From Clostridia bacterium (GTDB lineage: Bacteria; Bacillota; Clostridia; UBA1212; DUPL01), in NCBI GenBank assembly GCA_050951325.1, contig JBMNIW010000005.1, positions 224,001 through 288,000 on the forward strand: a stretch of 64,000 nt of DNA, written 5' to 3'. A program made the position numbers and the translations under genes. The notes beneath the pieces were generated by a model. That model worked only from the letters and a program-made list of their open reading frames with translations, had not been told where the DNA came from and ran no database searches. Numbering within the stretch: position 1 is the stretch's first letter; each line of letters begins with the position of its first letter. Below are positions 1 through 7,976 of the stretch, piece by piece.

Positions 1-204
1 CCAGTCAAGGTGAGTGGCAGCGTGAGTCTTTCAAATCTGCTGGTGGCTTGCGTGATACCCCAGGAGCATAAAGACGGTTTAAGGGGATATCTGTCTCGTG
101 ATATAAAAGATCGTCTTGTTTATGCAGACAGAAGCACATGTTCAACAATATGGGATTGGGCGGAAACTGCGTATATCGCATTTGTAGAGTTTTTGGATAA
201 ATAA
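1..204 (+). CDS. 3' end of a hypothetical protein entering from the left edge (partial)
   Basis: Frame is open from base 1 to TAA at 202-204; no family recognised. Confidence 0.5.
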   Translation, partial: PVKVSGSVSLSNLLVACVIPQEHKDGLRGYLSRDIKDRLVYADRSTCSTIWDWAETAYIAFVEFLDK

Positions 205-301
205 ATTTATATTTATTTCCTCTTTTTGTTTGTTTTGCTGTATGGAACAGGTGAATTTTGGCAAAGATAATAGCAAAAAAGAATAAAGAGAGGGATTTAG
301 G

Positions 302-1111
302 ATGAACTGTAAGAATTGTGGTGCATTTATCAAGGAAACAGACAATTTCTGTGAAACATGCGAAAGACCTATAAGCAGGATTATTCCAATGAAGGAAAAG
401 ACAAGAAGCAGCAAAAATATAACAATTTTGCTGATTTTATTGATTATTACTTTTGTTTCCATTGGAATCCTGCTTAATATTTCGAGAATATTTGGAGCAA
501 CAGATCTGGGTATTGAGGCAAATCGCAAGCACTATGATAGTGCAATGACGAAGTTTACCTCGTCTTTAAAAAAGCACAATGGATATACGGATATTGTATT
601 GACCAACGAAGAGCTTACTTCACTTGTCAAATACAACTGGCCTGAAACTGATGTTGTAAAAGACATGCAGGTAAAAATCAACAAGAACTCATCAATTGAA
701 GCTGCAGGATTAATAAACAAAGATTACATTGCGCAATACTTGCTGACAGAAGACAACAGGAATTCAATTGATAAATTTTTTCCGATGTTTGATGCAATGC
801 CAAAGTATACGGATGTGTATGCGAAATTCAGGTGCGAAATAAAAAACAACAGAGTAAACTATATTGCCATAGACAGGGTTGAAATAATGGGCATTGAAGT
901 GCCTCAGAATCTGTACAAGAATACAAATACTTTGTATATGTTGGCAGATGGCATCAATCAATTTATTGAAAATGTTACTGAAAAGACAGGTGCCAGCTTT
1001 GACCTGGTAAAGGCCCAGTCAGGGAAGTTGATTGTAAAAGGCCTGCTTCCTGAAGTTGTGTACAAGGAAGATTTGGAAATGGCGATTGAGACTTTCTCGT
1101 TAAAGGGGTAA
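302..1111 (+). CDS. Zinc-ribbon membrane protein (hypothetical)
   Basis: N-terminal CKNC...CETC ribbon, one TM helix (ITILLILLIITFVSIGILL), purine-rich SD upstream. Confidence 0.7.
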   Translation: MNCKNCGAFIKETDNFCETCERPISRIIPMKEKTRSSKNITILLILLIITFVSIGILLNISRIFGATDLGIEANRKHYDSAMTKFTSSLKKHNGYTDIVLTNEELTSLVKYNWPETDVVKDMQVKINKNSSIEAAGLINKDYIAQYLLTEDNRNSIDKFFPMFDAMPKYTDVYAKFRCEIKNNRVNYIAIDRVEIMGIEVPQNLYKNTNTLYMLADGINQFIENVTEKTGASFDLVKAQSGKLIVKGLLPEVVYKEDLEMAIETFSLKG

Positions 1112-1114
1112 TAA

Positions 1115-1152
1115 GAAAACCTTTGGTGAATGAAAACACCAAAGGTTTTTTC
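1115..1152. terminator. Bidirectional intrinsic terminator
   Basis: AAAACCTTTGGTG...CACCAAAGGTTTT stem between convergent genes. Confidence 0.8.
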
Positions 1153-1155
1153 TAT

Positions 1156-2202
1156 CTACTGAATTATGGAAAAGGCATAACTTGTAATGCTGTCGTATTT
1201 TTCATTCTTTCCGAGTATGGGTTGCAACCATTCCGGATTGTTGATGCTGTTGGGAAAGTATTGCGTTTCAAGACAGAAGCCTTCCTGACGTTTGTATACA
1301 TATGATTCCTTCCCATAAAAATCAATATCAATGAAGTTTCCTGTATAAAGCTGTAATCCGGGCATGTCGGTAAAACAATCCATCTTGATACCTGTTTCTT
1401 CGCAATAGCATGAAGCTGCATAATTGCCCTGGTTTTTATCTAAAACAAAATTGTGGTCATATCCCTTTGCAAGAAGTATTTGAGGATCATAGGAATCAAG
1501 ACCTTCACATATTCTTCTGTAGTTTCTAAAGTCAAATACGGTGCCTTCAACCTTTGCAATATTTCCCAAAGGAATAAGCTCATTGTCTGTTGGAAGATAA
1601 CCATCGGCATTGATTTTAAGGAGTGTATTTCCGATATGACCGCTGTTGTGGCCTCCCAGGTTGAAATATGCGTGGTTGGTAAGATTAAGTATTGTATCCG
1701 CATCTGACCAAGCCTCGTAATGGATTGTAAGGGAGTTCATGTCGTCAAATATATATTTTACGGATACATTTAAGTTTCCCGGATAGTTTTCATCCATATG
1801 TTTGCTGAGAAGACCAAGTCTAATCCCGTTTTCTTGTTCAAGTATTTCAACCTCCCATATTCTTTTATCAAACCCATTGTACCCTCCGTGCAGATGATTA
1901 TTGCCGTCATTTTTGGCAAGTTGATATGTTTCGTTGTTTAATGTAAAGGTTGCATTTTTTATTCTATTGGCGTATCTGCCAACTATTGCACCGAAATAAC
2001 CGCGTTCGGCTTTAATATAATTGTTTATGTTTTCGAACCCTATAATTACATCCACCAGCATGCCGTTCTTGTCTGGAATGCATATGGATTTGATAATGCC
2101 TCCATAGTTTAGTATTTCAACATACGCACCTGTTTTATTTGATATTCTGTACAAGTTTATATCTTCATCGTTTAATGTATCAAATTTTTGTACTTCGACC
2201 AT
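1156..2202 (-). CDS. galM: Aldose 1-epimerase (galactose mutarotase)
   Basis: GRYANRI, HLHGG, NLTNHAYFNL, GYDHNF and CLETQ motifs. Confidence 0.93.
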   Translation of the reverse strand: MVEVQKFDTLNDEDINLYRISNKTGAYVEILNYGGIIKSICIPDKNGMLVDVIIGFENINNYIKAERGYFGAIVGRYANRIKNATFTLNNETYQLAKNDGNNHLHGGYNGFDKRIWEVEILEQENGIRLGLLSKHMDENYPGNLNVSVKYIFDDMNSLTIHYEAWSDADTILNLTNHAYFNLGGHNSGHIGNTLLKINADGYLPTDNELIPLGNIAKVEGTVFDFRNYRRICEGLDSYDPQILLAKGYDHNFVLDKNQGNYAASCYCEETGIKMDCFTDMPGLQLYTGNFIDIDFYGKESYVYKRQEGFCLETQYFPNSINNPEWLQPILGKNEKYDSITSYAFSIIQ

Positions 2203-2250
2203 ATAAAGAAACGCTCCTTAAAATTTTTTTCTTATGCATTCTAAATTATA

Positions 2251-2279
2251 TTGACAAAAAATGCAACTATCATTACAAT
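2251..2279 (+). promoter_or_regulatory. Sigma-A promoter for the THF riboswitch/folT leader
   Basis: TTGACA-17 nt-TACAAT about 10 nt upstream of the aptamer. Confidence 0.8.
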
Positions 2280-2288
2280 AACGTAAAA

Positions 2289-2386
2289 AGCAGAGCAGGT
2301 ATCGTGCGTTAAGTACTAGGGGATGGGAGTAGAGCCCCTAGGCGAAAAACCTAAAGAGGTTTGCGATGCGATACTCCATCCGCTGT
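2289..2386 (+). ncRNA. THF (tetrahydrofolate) riboswitch
   Basis: GCAGAGCAGG...GTGCGTTAAGT...GGGATGGGAGT...GCGAAA...TTGCGAT...CATCCGCTGT matches the THF aptamer pattern; lies upstream of an ECF S-component. Confidence 0.9.
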
Positions 2387-2458
2387 AGTTATATGGTAAC
2401 ATCTAATTACAACGAACTGCTCTCTTATACATATTTTAATTTAAGGGAGTTGTTTTTT

Positions 2459-3355
2459 TTGGAGAAGAATTTGAGGAAAATAATCATATCTGCCATGTTT
2501 CTATCACTGGCAGTAATATCAGCAACATTCATAGCAATAGACATACCACTGTTTGGCATTAAAGGTCTGGAATTAAATCCATCAGTCATATTCTATACTT
2601 TTCCGGCTTTGTTGTTTGGTCCTCTTTATGGAGGTATTGTGGCAGGCATGACCGATGCCCTGAGTTTTTTCCTGAAACCCCAAGGCTCATTTATACCTTG
2701 GATTAGTGTTGTTGTGTTTCTTGGAGGAGTTCTAAAAGGTTTCATATGGAAGGGTCTCAAGAAGTTTAACGACAAGAAAGTGCGTATTGTTGCACTTGTA
2801 ATAGTACTTGTGATTTTGGCTTCCGGATTGGCAAACCGAATTATGCTATTAAATGACGGAGTGTATAAAGGATATATTGCCAGTGAGAGAAATGTTGTTA
2901 GCAAGGATACTGTCGATAATTTGATTGAAGAAGGAAAGGCGAGCTATGCAACGAAAGCAGCAGCCAAATTGTCCATTTATGCAAAAGAAGGCGCATATAA
3001 ATCTGATTTTTCAAAAAGCATAAACTATCTTACGATTGGTTTTGAGGTTGCTTCACTGCTTGGTCTTATTCTCTTGTTTATTGACTTCTTGATTAGCAGA
3101 TTTGACGCAAAGAAGGGAAGGGAGAGAAAAGCAAGCTACATTAAAGTGCTTATTGCCGTTCTTATCCCTGGATTGTTTGTTACAACTTTGAATACGCAGG
3201 TACTTATTTGGTTTATCTCCATATTCAATACCAGATCCTTCATGATAATGTGGTTGCTTAGAATCATACCTTCTTTCCTAAGTCATACCATTCAAGCATA
3301 CTATGTTGCTATATTGTATGATGTATACGTAAAATATTCCAAGGGAAAAATATGA
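2459..3355 (+). CDS. folT: Folate-family ECF transporter S component (FolT-like, extended)
   Basis: LFGPLYGGIVAGMTDALSFFLKPQG motif, multiple TM helices, THF riboswitch upstream; TTG start at 2459 after AAGGGAG (the ORF-track start at 2366 lies inside the riboswitch). Confidence 0.8.
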   Translation: MEKNLRKIIISAMFLSLAVISATFIAIDIPLFGIKGLELNPSVIFYTFPALLFGPLYGGIVAGMTDALSFFLKPQGSFIPWISVVVFLGGVLKGFIWKGLKKFNDKKVRIVALVIVLVILASGLANRIMLLNDGVYKGYIASERNVVSKDTVDNLIEEGKASYATKAAAKLSIYAKEGAYKSDFSKSINYLTIGFEVASLLGLILLFIDFLISRFDAKKGRERKASYIKVLIAVLIPGLFVTTLNTQVLIWFISIFNTRSFMIMWLLRIIPSFLSHTIQAYYVAILYDVYVKYSKGKI

Positions 3356-3419
3356 TTATCCATTGATATTTAACCATGTAAATGATATCATATAATTTGT
3401 ACTTCACAAGGGAAGGCAT

Positions 3420-3842
3420 GTGATATCGATGGATGGTATTGGAAGCAAGGATGTTGCGGTTGCTGCATTAAAAATTGCAATATCCAAGGACAGGGAAGAA
3501 GAACGCAATCTAAAAGCTTTCTACCAACAGTCAGGTGTAATGACCGCTGGTGTTGATTTTGGTGGTGAGTTTATTACATCCATAACCAAGATTATTGAAA
3601 GAGCAGTCGTTGCGGCAAAAAGGGAAAGCATAATTATTGATACCCATACGGAAGAAGGAGCTGTTGCTGGTGCCACAAGAGAAGCAATATCCCAGCTTAT
3701 GGCCAAAGCTATAGGTCTGAATGTGGGAGGTAAGATAGGGATTGCAAGATTTGGAGACCATATAAGTGTGGCGGTCTTTTTTGGCATAGGTCTTTTGCAC
3801 CTGAATGAAATTGCGGTAGGTTTGGGACATAGAGTAATTTGA
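3420..3842 (+). CDS. hutP: HutP-family RNA-binding protein
   Basis: ERAVVAAKRE, HTEEGAVAGATREA, GGKIGIAR and GLLHLNE...GLGHR motifs. Confidence 0.8.
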   Translation: MISMDGIGSKDVAVAALKIAISKDREEERNLKAFYQQSGVMTAGVDFGGEFITSITKIIERAVVAAKRESIIIDTHTEEGAVAGATREAISQLMAKAIGLNVGGKIGIARFGDHISVAVFFGIGLLHLNEIAVGLGHRVI

Positions 3843-3862
3843 CAGATGAGGTGTTGTATAGA

Positions 3863-4543
3863 TTGATTAGTATAGCAATAGATGGTCCGTCGGGTGCAGG
3901 AAAAAGCACAATGGCTAAAACCATTGCAAAGGAATACGGTTTTATCTATCTTGATACCGGTGCAATGTACAGGGCGTTTGCTCTGCATGTGCTGAATAAC
4001 AACTATTCCATAGACGAGATAAACAATGATAATGTCAAAGAATTGTTTGACAGCTTTTCATTGGATATACAGTATGTTGATGATACCCAGCAGATGATTT
4101 TGAATAATGAGAATGTTAATGATAGAATCAGAACACCCGAGGTATCCCTTGCAGCTTCCAGGATAGCAACATTGCCTGCGGTAAGAATTTATTTTGTTGA
4201 GATGCAGAGAGAGTTTGCAAAGAATAAGGATGTTGTCATGGATGGCAGGGACATTGGTTCCTATGTGTTGAAAGATGCCGATGTGAAAATCTTTTTGACT
4301 GCTACTGTAGAAGACAGGGCACGAAGAAGATTTGAAGAGCTTCGAGAAAAGGGCAATACTGAAGTTACTTATGAGGAAGTTCTTGATGATATGAAACTCA
4401 GGGATAAAATTGACAGTAGTAGGGAAATAGCTCCTTTGACAAAGGCTGAAGATGCTGTTGAGATAAATACTACGGGTTTGGAAATAGAGCAAAGTCTGGA
4501 ATTAATACGTAAAGTAATCAAGGAGAAATTATGTGGTTTTTAA
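3863..4543 (+). CDS. cmk: Cytidylate kinase
   Basis: IAIDGPSGAGKST P-loop, LDTGAMYR, MDGRDIG; TTG start at 3863 after GAGGTG preferred over 3839. Confidence 0.95.
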   Translation: MISIAIDGPSGAGKSTMAKTIAKEYGFIYLDTGAMYRAFALHVLNNNYSIDEINNDNVKELFDSFSLDIQYVDDTQQMILNNENVNDRIRTPEVSLAASRIATLPAVRIYFVEMQREFAKNKDVVMDGRDIGSYVLKDADVKIFLTATVEDRARRRFEELREKGNTEVTYEEVLDDMKLRDKIDSSREIAPLTKAEDAVEINTTGLEIEQSLELIRKVIKEKLCGF

Positions 4544-5124
4544 GATTTCTGGCGAACATCATTTTCAGAGTGTTTATTAGGGTTAAAGTATATGGAGAAG
4601 AAAATATGCCTGAAAGTGGTCCTGTAATACTGGCGTCCAATCATGTTACGATGCTTGATATGTTTATGATTGGATGGAAGATAAAAAGAAAGGTTCACTG
4701 GATGGCAAAAGCGGAGCTGTTCAAGAACAAGCTTCTGGCAAAGATCATAACATCACTTGGTGCATATCCTGTAAAAAGAGGTATTCGCGACCAGTCTGCT
4801 GTAAAAAAGACATTGGAGTTGCTTGAAGAAGATAAAGTTATTGGTATTTTCCCACAAGGTACCCGCTCGAAAGAAAAAAATCTCAAAGCCAAATATGGCG
4901 TTGCAAGGTTTGCTTTGGAATCACAGGCTTGTGTATTGCCAGTTGCCATTTGGGGTAATATAAAGTTGTTTGGTAAGGCTTATGTGAGATTTGGAGAGCC
5001 ATATAAAATAGAGAAAACCAAAGACAGCTATGCAAAAGATGAGTATATGCAAATTGCTAGTGATATTTTGACTAATATTTATGATTTGATGAGTGTTCCA
5101 TCAAATGAATCAAAGAAACAATAG
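4531..5124 (+). CDS. plsC: 1-acyl-sn-glycerol-3-phosphate acyltransferase
   Basis: NHVTMLD (HX4D), MAKAELF and FPQGTR motifs; cmk-plsC-ispH synteny. Confidence 0.9.
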   Translation: MWFLRFLANIIFRVFIRVKVYGEENMPESGPVILASNHVTMLDMFMIGWKIKRKVHWMAKAELFKNKLLAKIITSLGAYPVKRGIRDQSAVKKTLELLEEDKVIGIFPQGTRSKEKNLKAKYGVARFALESQACVLPVAIWGNIKLFGKAYVRFGEPYKIEKTKDSYAKDEYMQIASDILTNIYDLMSVPSNESKKQ

Positions 5125-5134
5125 GATGGTGTAA

Positions 5135-7513
5135 ATGGAGATAATAAAGGCAAAAACAGCAGGTTTTTGTTTTGGTGTTGCAAATGCGGTAAAAAAAGCA
5201 TATGCAGCTGCTGAAAGTGAAAAAGAAAAGAGAATCTATTCTTATGGATCTCTTATACATAACGAAAAGGTAATAGAACAACTGAGTGAACTTGGAGTCA
5301 GGACGATTAATTCATTTGAAGAAGTGGATCTGAAAGATGCAATTGTAATAATACGCGCTCATGGCGTAGGTCCACTTGTTTATGAAAAGTTGGAGCAGCT
5401 TAATTGCACTGTTATAGATGCAACATGCCCTTATGTGAAGAAAATTCACAATCTGGTCAGAAAGAAATCCGGATTAGGTGACAGAATAATAATAATCGGA
5501 GACAGAACTCATCCTGAGGTTATCGGAATTAACGGATGGTGTGACAATTCTGCGATAATTATAGAAAAACTGGAAGACGTGGATTTGATTGAAAACAAGG
5601 ATAAAACGTACTCTGTAGTGTGTCAAACTACGTTTAATATAAACTTATTTGAAAAAATCTGCGAAAAATTAAAAAAAAGCTTTGACAAGTTGAATATTTT
5701 TGATACAATATGCAATGCAACATCTTTAAGGCAAAAGGAAGCAATGGAAATTGCTTCAAAAGTAGACCTTATGGTTGTGGTAGGAGGACGCAACAGTTCA
5801 AATACCCGAAAACTTTATGAATTATGTACTGATTTATGTGATAATGTAATTCATATCGAGTCTGCTGAAGAGATGGATGTTAAAAGTTTAAAAAAAATAA
5901 ACAAAGTTGGTGTGACAGCCGGTGCTTCAACTCCGGACTGGATCATCGGGGAGGTTATTGGTGTAATGTGCGATGATGTTAAGTCAATCGAAAATGAAGT
6001 GAATGGTGAAGTAGAAAATGAGATTACAACTACTGAAACCAACGCGGAAGAAGTAATCAACGAAACTGCAGAAGTCAATGAGACAGCTACCGAGGTTGCG
6101 GAAGACGAAGAAACAAGCGTTGCTGAAGAAGTCGCAGAAGAAGCTGTAGACGAAGTTGCAGATGAAGCTGCTGATGAGGCTGAAGAGGAGGAAAATCAAG
6201 ATAATACTTTTGCTTCAATGCTTGAAGAAACGTTGACAACTATCGCTAGTGGTCAGATAGTAAAAGGTCCTATCAACAAAATTGATGTAAAAGGCGTCTA
6301 TATTGACCTTGGTTTTAAGTACGAAGGTTTTATATCCATAGACGAATTTACTGAAATTCCAGGATTTGAACTTGAAGACCTTAATATTGGCGATGAAGTT
6401 GAAGCCATGGTAGTGAAGGTCAGCGACAAGGATGGAGAAGCTATTCTTTCAAAGAGAAGAGTTGATTATAAAAAGAATTTACAACTCCTTGAAGATTCAT
6501 TCGAGAACAAAACCCCTGTCACTGTAAGATTTACAGAAGTAGTAAAAGGTGGATTAATAGCTCATCTAGGCACAATTAGGATTTTTGTTCCTAGTTCACA
6601 AGTCAGCGACAAGTTTGTAAAAGATTTATCTACATACGTAGGTACATCTGCAGATATAATCATTATTAACTTCGAAAAAGGCCCAAGAGGCAAAATGAGA
6701 ATTGTCGGCTCTAGAAGAGTTCTCGTAGAAGCTGAGAAGAAAGAGAAGGAAGAAGCTTTCTGGAGCAAAATCGAAGAAGGCGGCGTATACAAAGGAATCG
6801 TAAAGTCCTTTACTCCATTTGGAGCATTCGTTGATTTGGGTGGTTATGATGGTCTTGTTCATATATCCGAGCTTTCTTGGAAGAAAATAAGACATCCGAA
6901 GGAAGTATTGAAGATTGGACAGGAAGTTGATGTTAAAGTTCTTGAACTCGATAGAGAAAACAAGAAGATTTCATTAGGCTACAGAAAGCCAGAAGACAAT
7001 CCTTGGTATGACGCAGAGAATCTTTATCAAGTTGGCGACATAATTGAAGTTACTGTAGTTAGATTTGTCAAGTTTGGCGTATTTGTTAATATTGCCGATG
7101 GCATCGACGGTCTTGTACACATTTCTCAAATCTCAAATAAGAGAATTGAAAAGGCTGAAGACTGTCTGAAACTTGGACAGAAGGTTATGGCTAAAATTAT
7201 TGATACCAATATCGAAGAGAAGAGAATCAATCTTAGTATAAGAGACGTGATGCCATACGATCCTGAGCCAAAGCCAGGCGAAGAAGAAGCATTTGAGCAA
7301 AGGCCTACACAGAGAAGAGGTCGTAAGAAGTCAAGAAAAGCTGCCAATAATACAGCGCACACTTCAGATACAACCTTAGATTCAGGAGATAGCAGACTTG
7401 TTTCTTCCGATGAGCAATCTGGTACAACAACCATAGGAGAATTGCTCGCTTCCAAAATGCAAGAGTTGACAGGAGTCCAAACAAGTGATATAATAGAGTC
7501 CGAAGAAAATTAA
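5135..7513 (+). CDS. ispH: Bifunctional IspH (HMBPP reductase) / 30S ribosomal protein S1 fusion
   Basis: GFCFGV, RAHGV, DATCPYV, TICNAT, SSNT and TAGASTP, then an acidic linker and four S1 repeats (FGAFVDLGGYDGLVHISEL). Confidence 0.95.
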   Translation: MEIIKAKTAGFCFGVANAVKKAYAAAESEKEKRIYSYGSLIHNEKVIEQLSELGVRTINSFEEVDLKDAIVIIRAHGVGPLVYEKLEQLNCTVIDATCPYVKKIHNLVRKKSGLGDRIIIIGDRTHPEVIGINGWCDNSAIIIEKLEDVDLIENKDKTYSVVCQTTFNINLFEKICEKLKKSFDKLNIFDTICNATSLRQKEAMEIASKVDLMVVVGGRNSSNTRKLYELCTDLCDNVIHIESAEEMDVKSLKKINKVGVTAGASTPDWIIGEVIGVMCDDVKSIENEVNGEVENEITTTETNAEEVINETAEVNETATEVAEDEETSVAEEVAEEAVDEVADEAADEAEEEENQDNTFASMLEETLTTIASGQIVKGPINKIDVKGVYIDLGFKYEGFISIDEFTEIPGFELEDLNIGDEVEAMVVKVSDKDGEAILSKRRVDYKKNLQLLEDSFENKTPVTVRFTEVVKGGLIAHLGTIRIFVPSSQVSDKFVKDLSTYVGTSADIIIINFEKGPRGKMRIVGSRRVLVEAEKKEKEEAFWSKIEEGGVYKGIVKSFTPFGAFVDLGGYDGLVHISELSWKKIRHPKEVLKIGQEVDVKVLELDRENKKISLGYRKPEDNPWYDAENLYQVGDIIEVTVVRFVKFGVFVNIADGIDGLVHISQISNKRIEKAEDCLKLGQKVMAKIIDTNIEEKRINLSIRDVMPYDPEPKPGEEEAFEQRPTQRRGRKKSRKAANNTAHTSDTTLDSGDSRLVSSDEQSGTTTIGELLASKMQELTGVQTSDIIESEEN
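5682..5709 (+). promoter_or_regulatory. Candidate internal sigma-A promoter inside ispH
   Basis: TTGACA-16 nt-TACAAT with extended TG (TGnTACAAT). Confidence 0.55.
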
Positions 7514-7523
7514 TAAAGTCCTC

Positions 7524-7547
7524 AAGCGTAAGGTAACACTTACGCTT
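7524..7547 (+). terminator. Hairpin between rpsA and tRNA-Leu (terminator or processing site)
   Basis: AAGCGTAAG-GTAACA-CTTACGCTT. Confidence 0.55.
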
Positions 7548-7553
7548 TAATAT

Positions 7554-7640
7554 GCGGATATGGCGGAATTGGCAGACGCGCTAGATTCAGGTTCTAGTGA
7601 GGGATTCCTCGTACAGGTTCAAATCCTGCTATCCGCACCA
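7554..7640 (+). tRNA. tRNA-Leu(CAG)
   Basis: GCGGATA/TATCCGC acceptor, CTAGA-TTCAGGT-TCTAG anticodon arm, long variable arm, GGTTCAAATCC, encoded CCA. Confidence 0.97.
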
Positions 7641-7654
7641 AGAATATTTGTCGT

Positions 7655-7693
7655 AAGATGTCGATTGCTTTGCAGTTGACATCTTTGTTTTTT
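7655..7693 (+). terminator. Intrinsic terminator after tRNA-Leu
   Basis: AAGATGTCGATTGC-TTT-GCAGTTGACATCTT followed by a T tract. Confidence 0.75.
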
Positions 7694-7976
7694 TGTTTAA
7701 TATTAATTTGACATACAAGTGACTTAAATCGGTAAAAATGGTAACAGGTGCATGAGATGATAATTGTTCAATGACAATTGAAAAGTGTACTGAATTGGGA
7801 ATTTTAAAAGATCATAAAAAACAGTTAAACAATGAAGGATGCTTCTTGATTATTGAAGACTAAATAAGATTTTAGTTAATTATTTCCTAATCTTTTGATT
7901 AAAACATAGTTAAAAGTGTTAAAATATGATATATTGATAAGCGTACGGAAATAATATATTAGATTTGGGAAATAAA

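Noticed and set aside
2366-2458. ORF-track N-terminal extension of folT
   Set aside because: It overlaps the riboswitch and expression platform; the SD supports TTG at 2459.
5990-6200. GAAG-rich quasi-repeats in the ispH-rpsA linker as a DNA repeat array
   Set aside because: Explained by low-complexity Glu/Ala/Val coding.
7771-7863. 30-aa ORF (MTIEKCTELG...) between tRNA-Leu and the helicase
   Set aside because: No convincing SD or homology recognised; may be a gene remnant.
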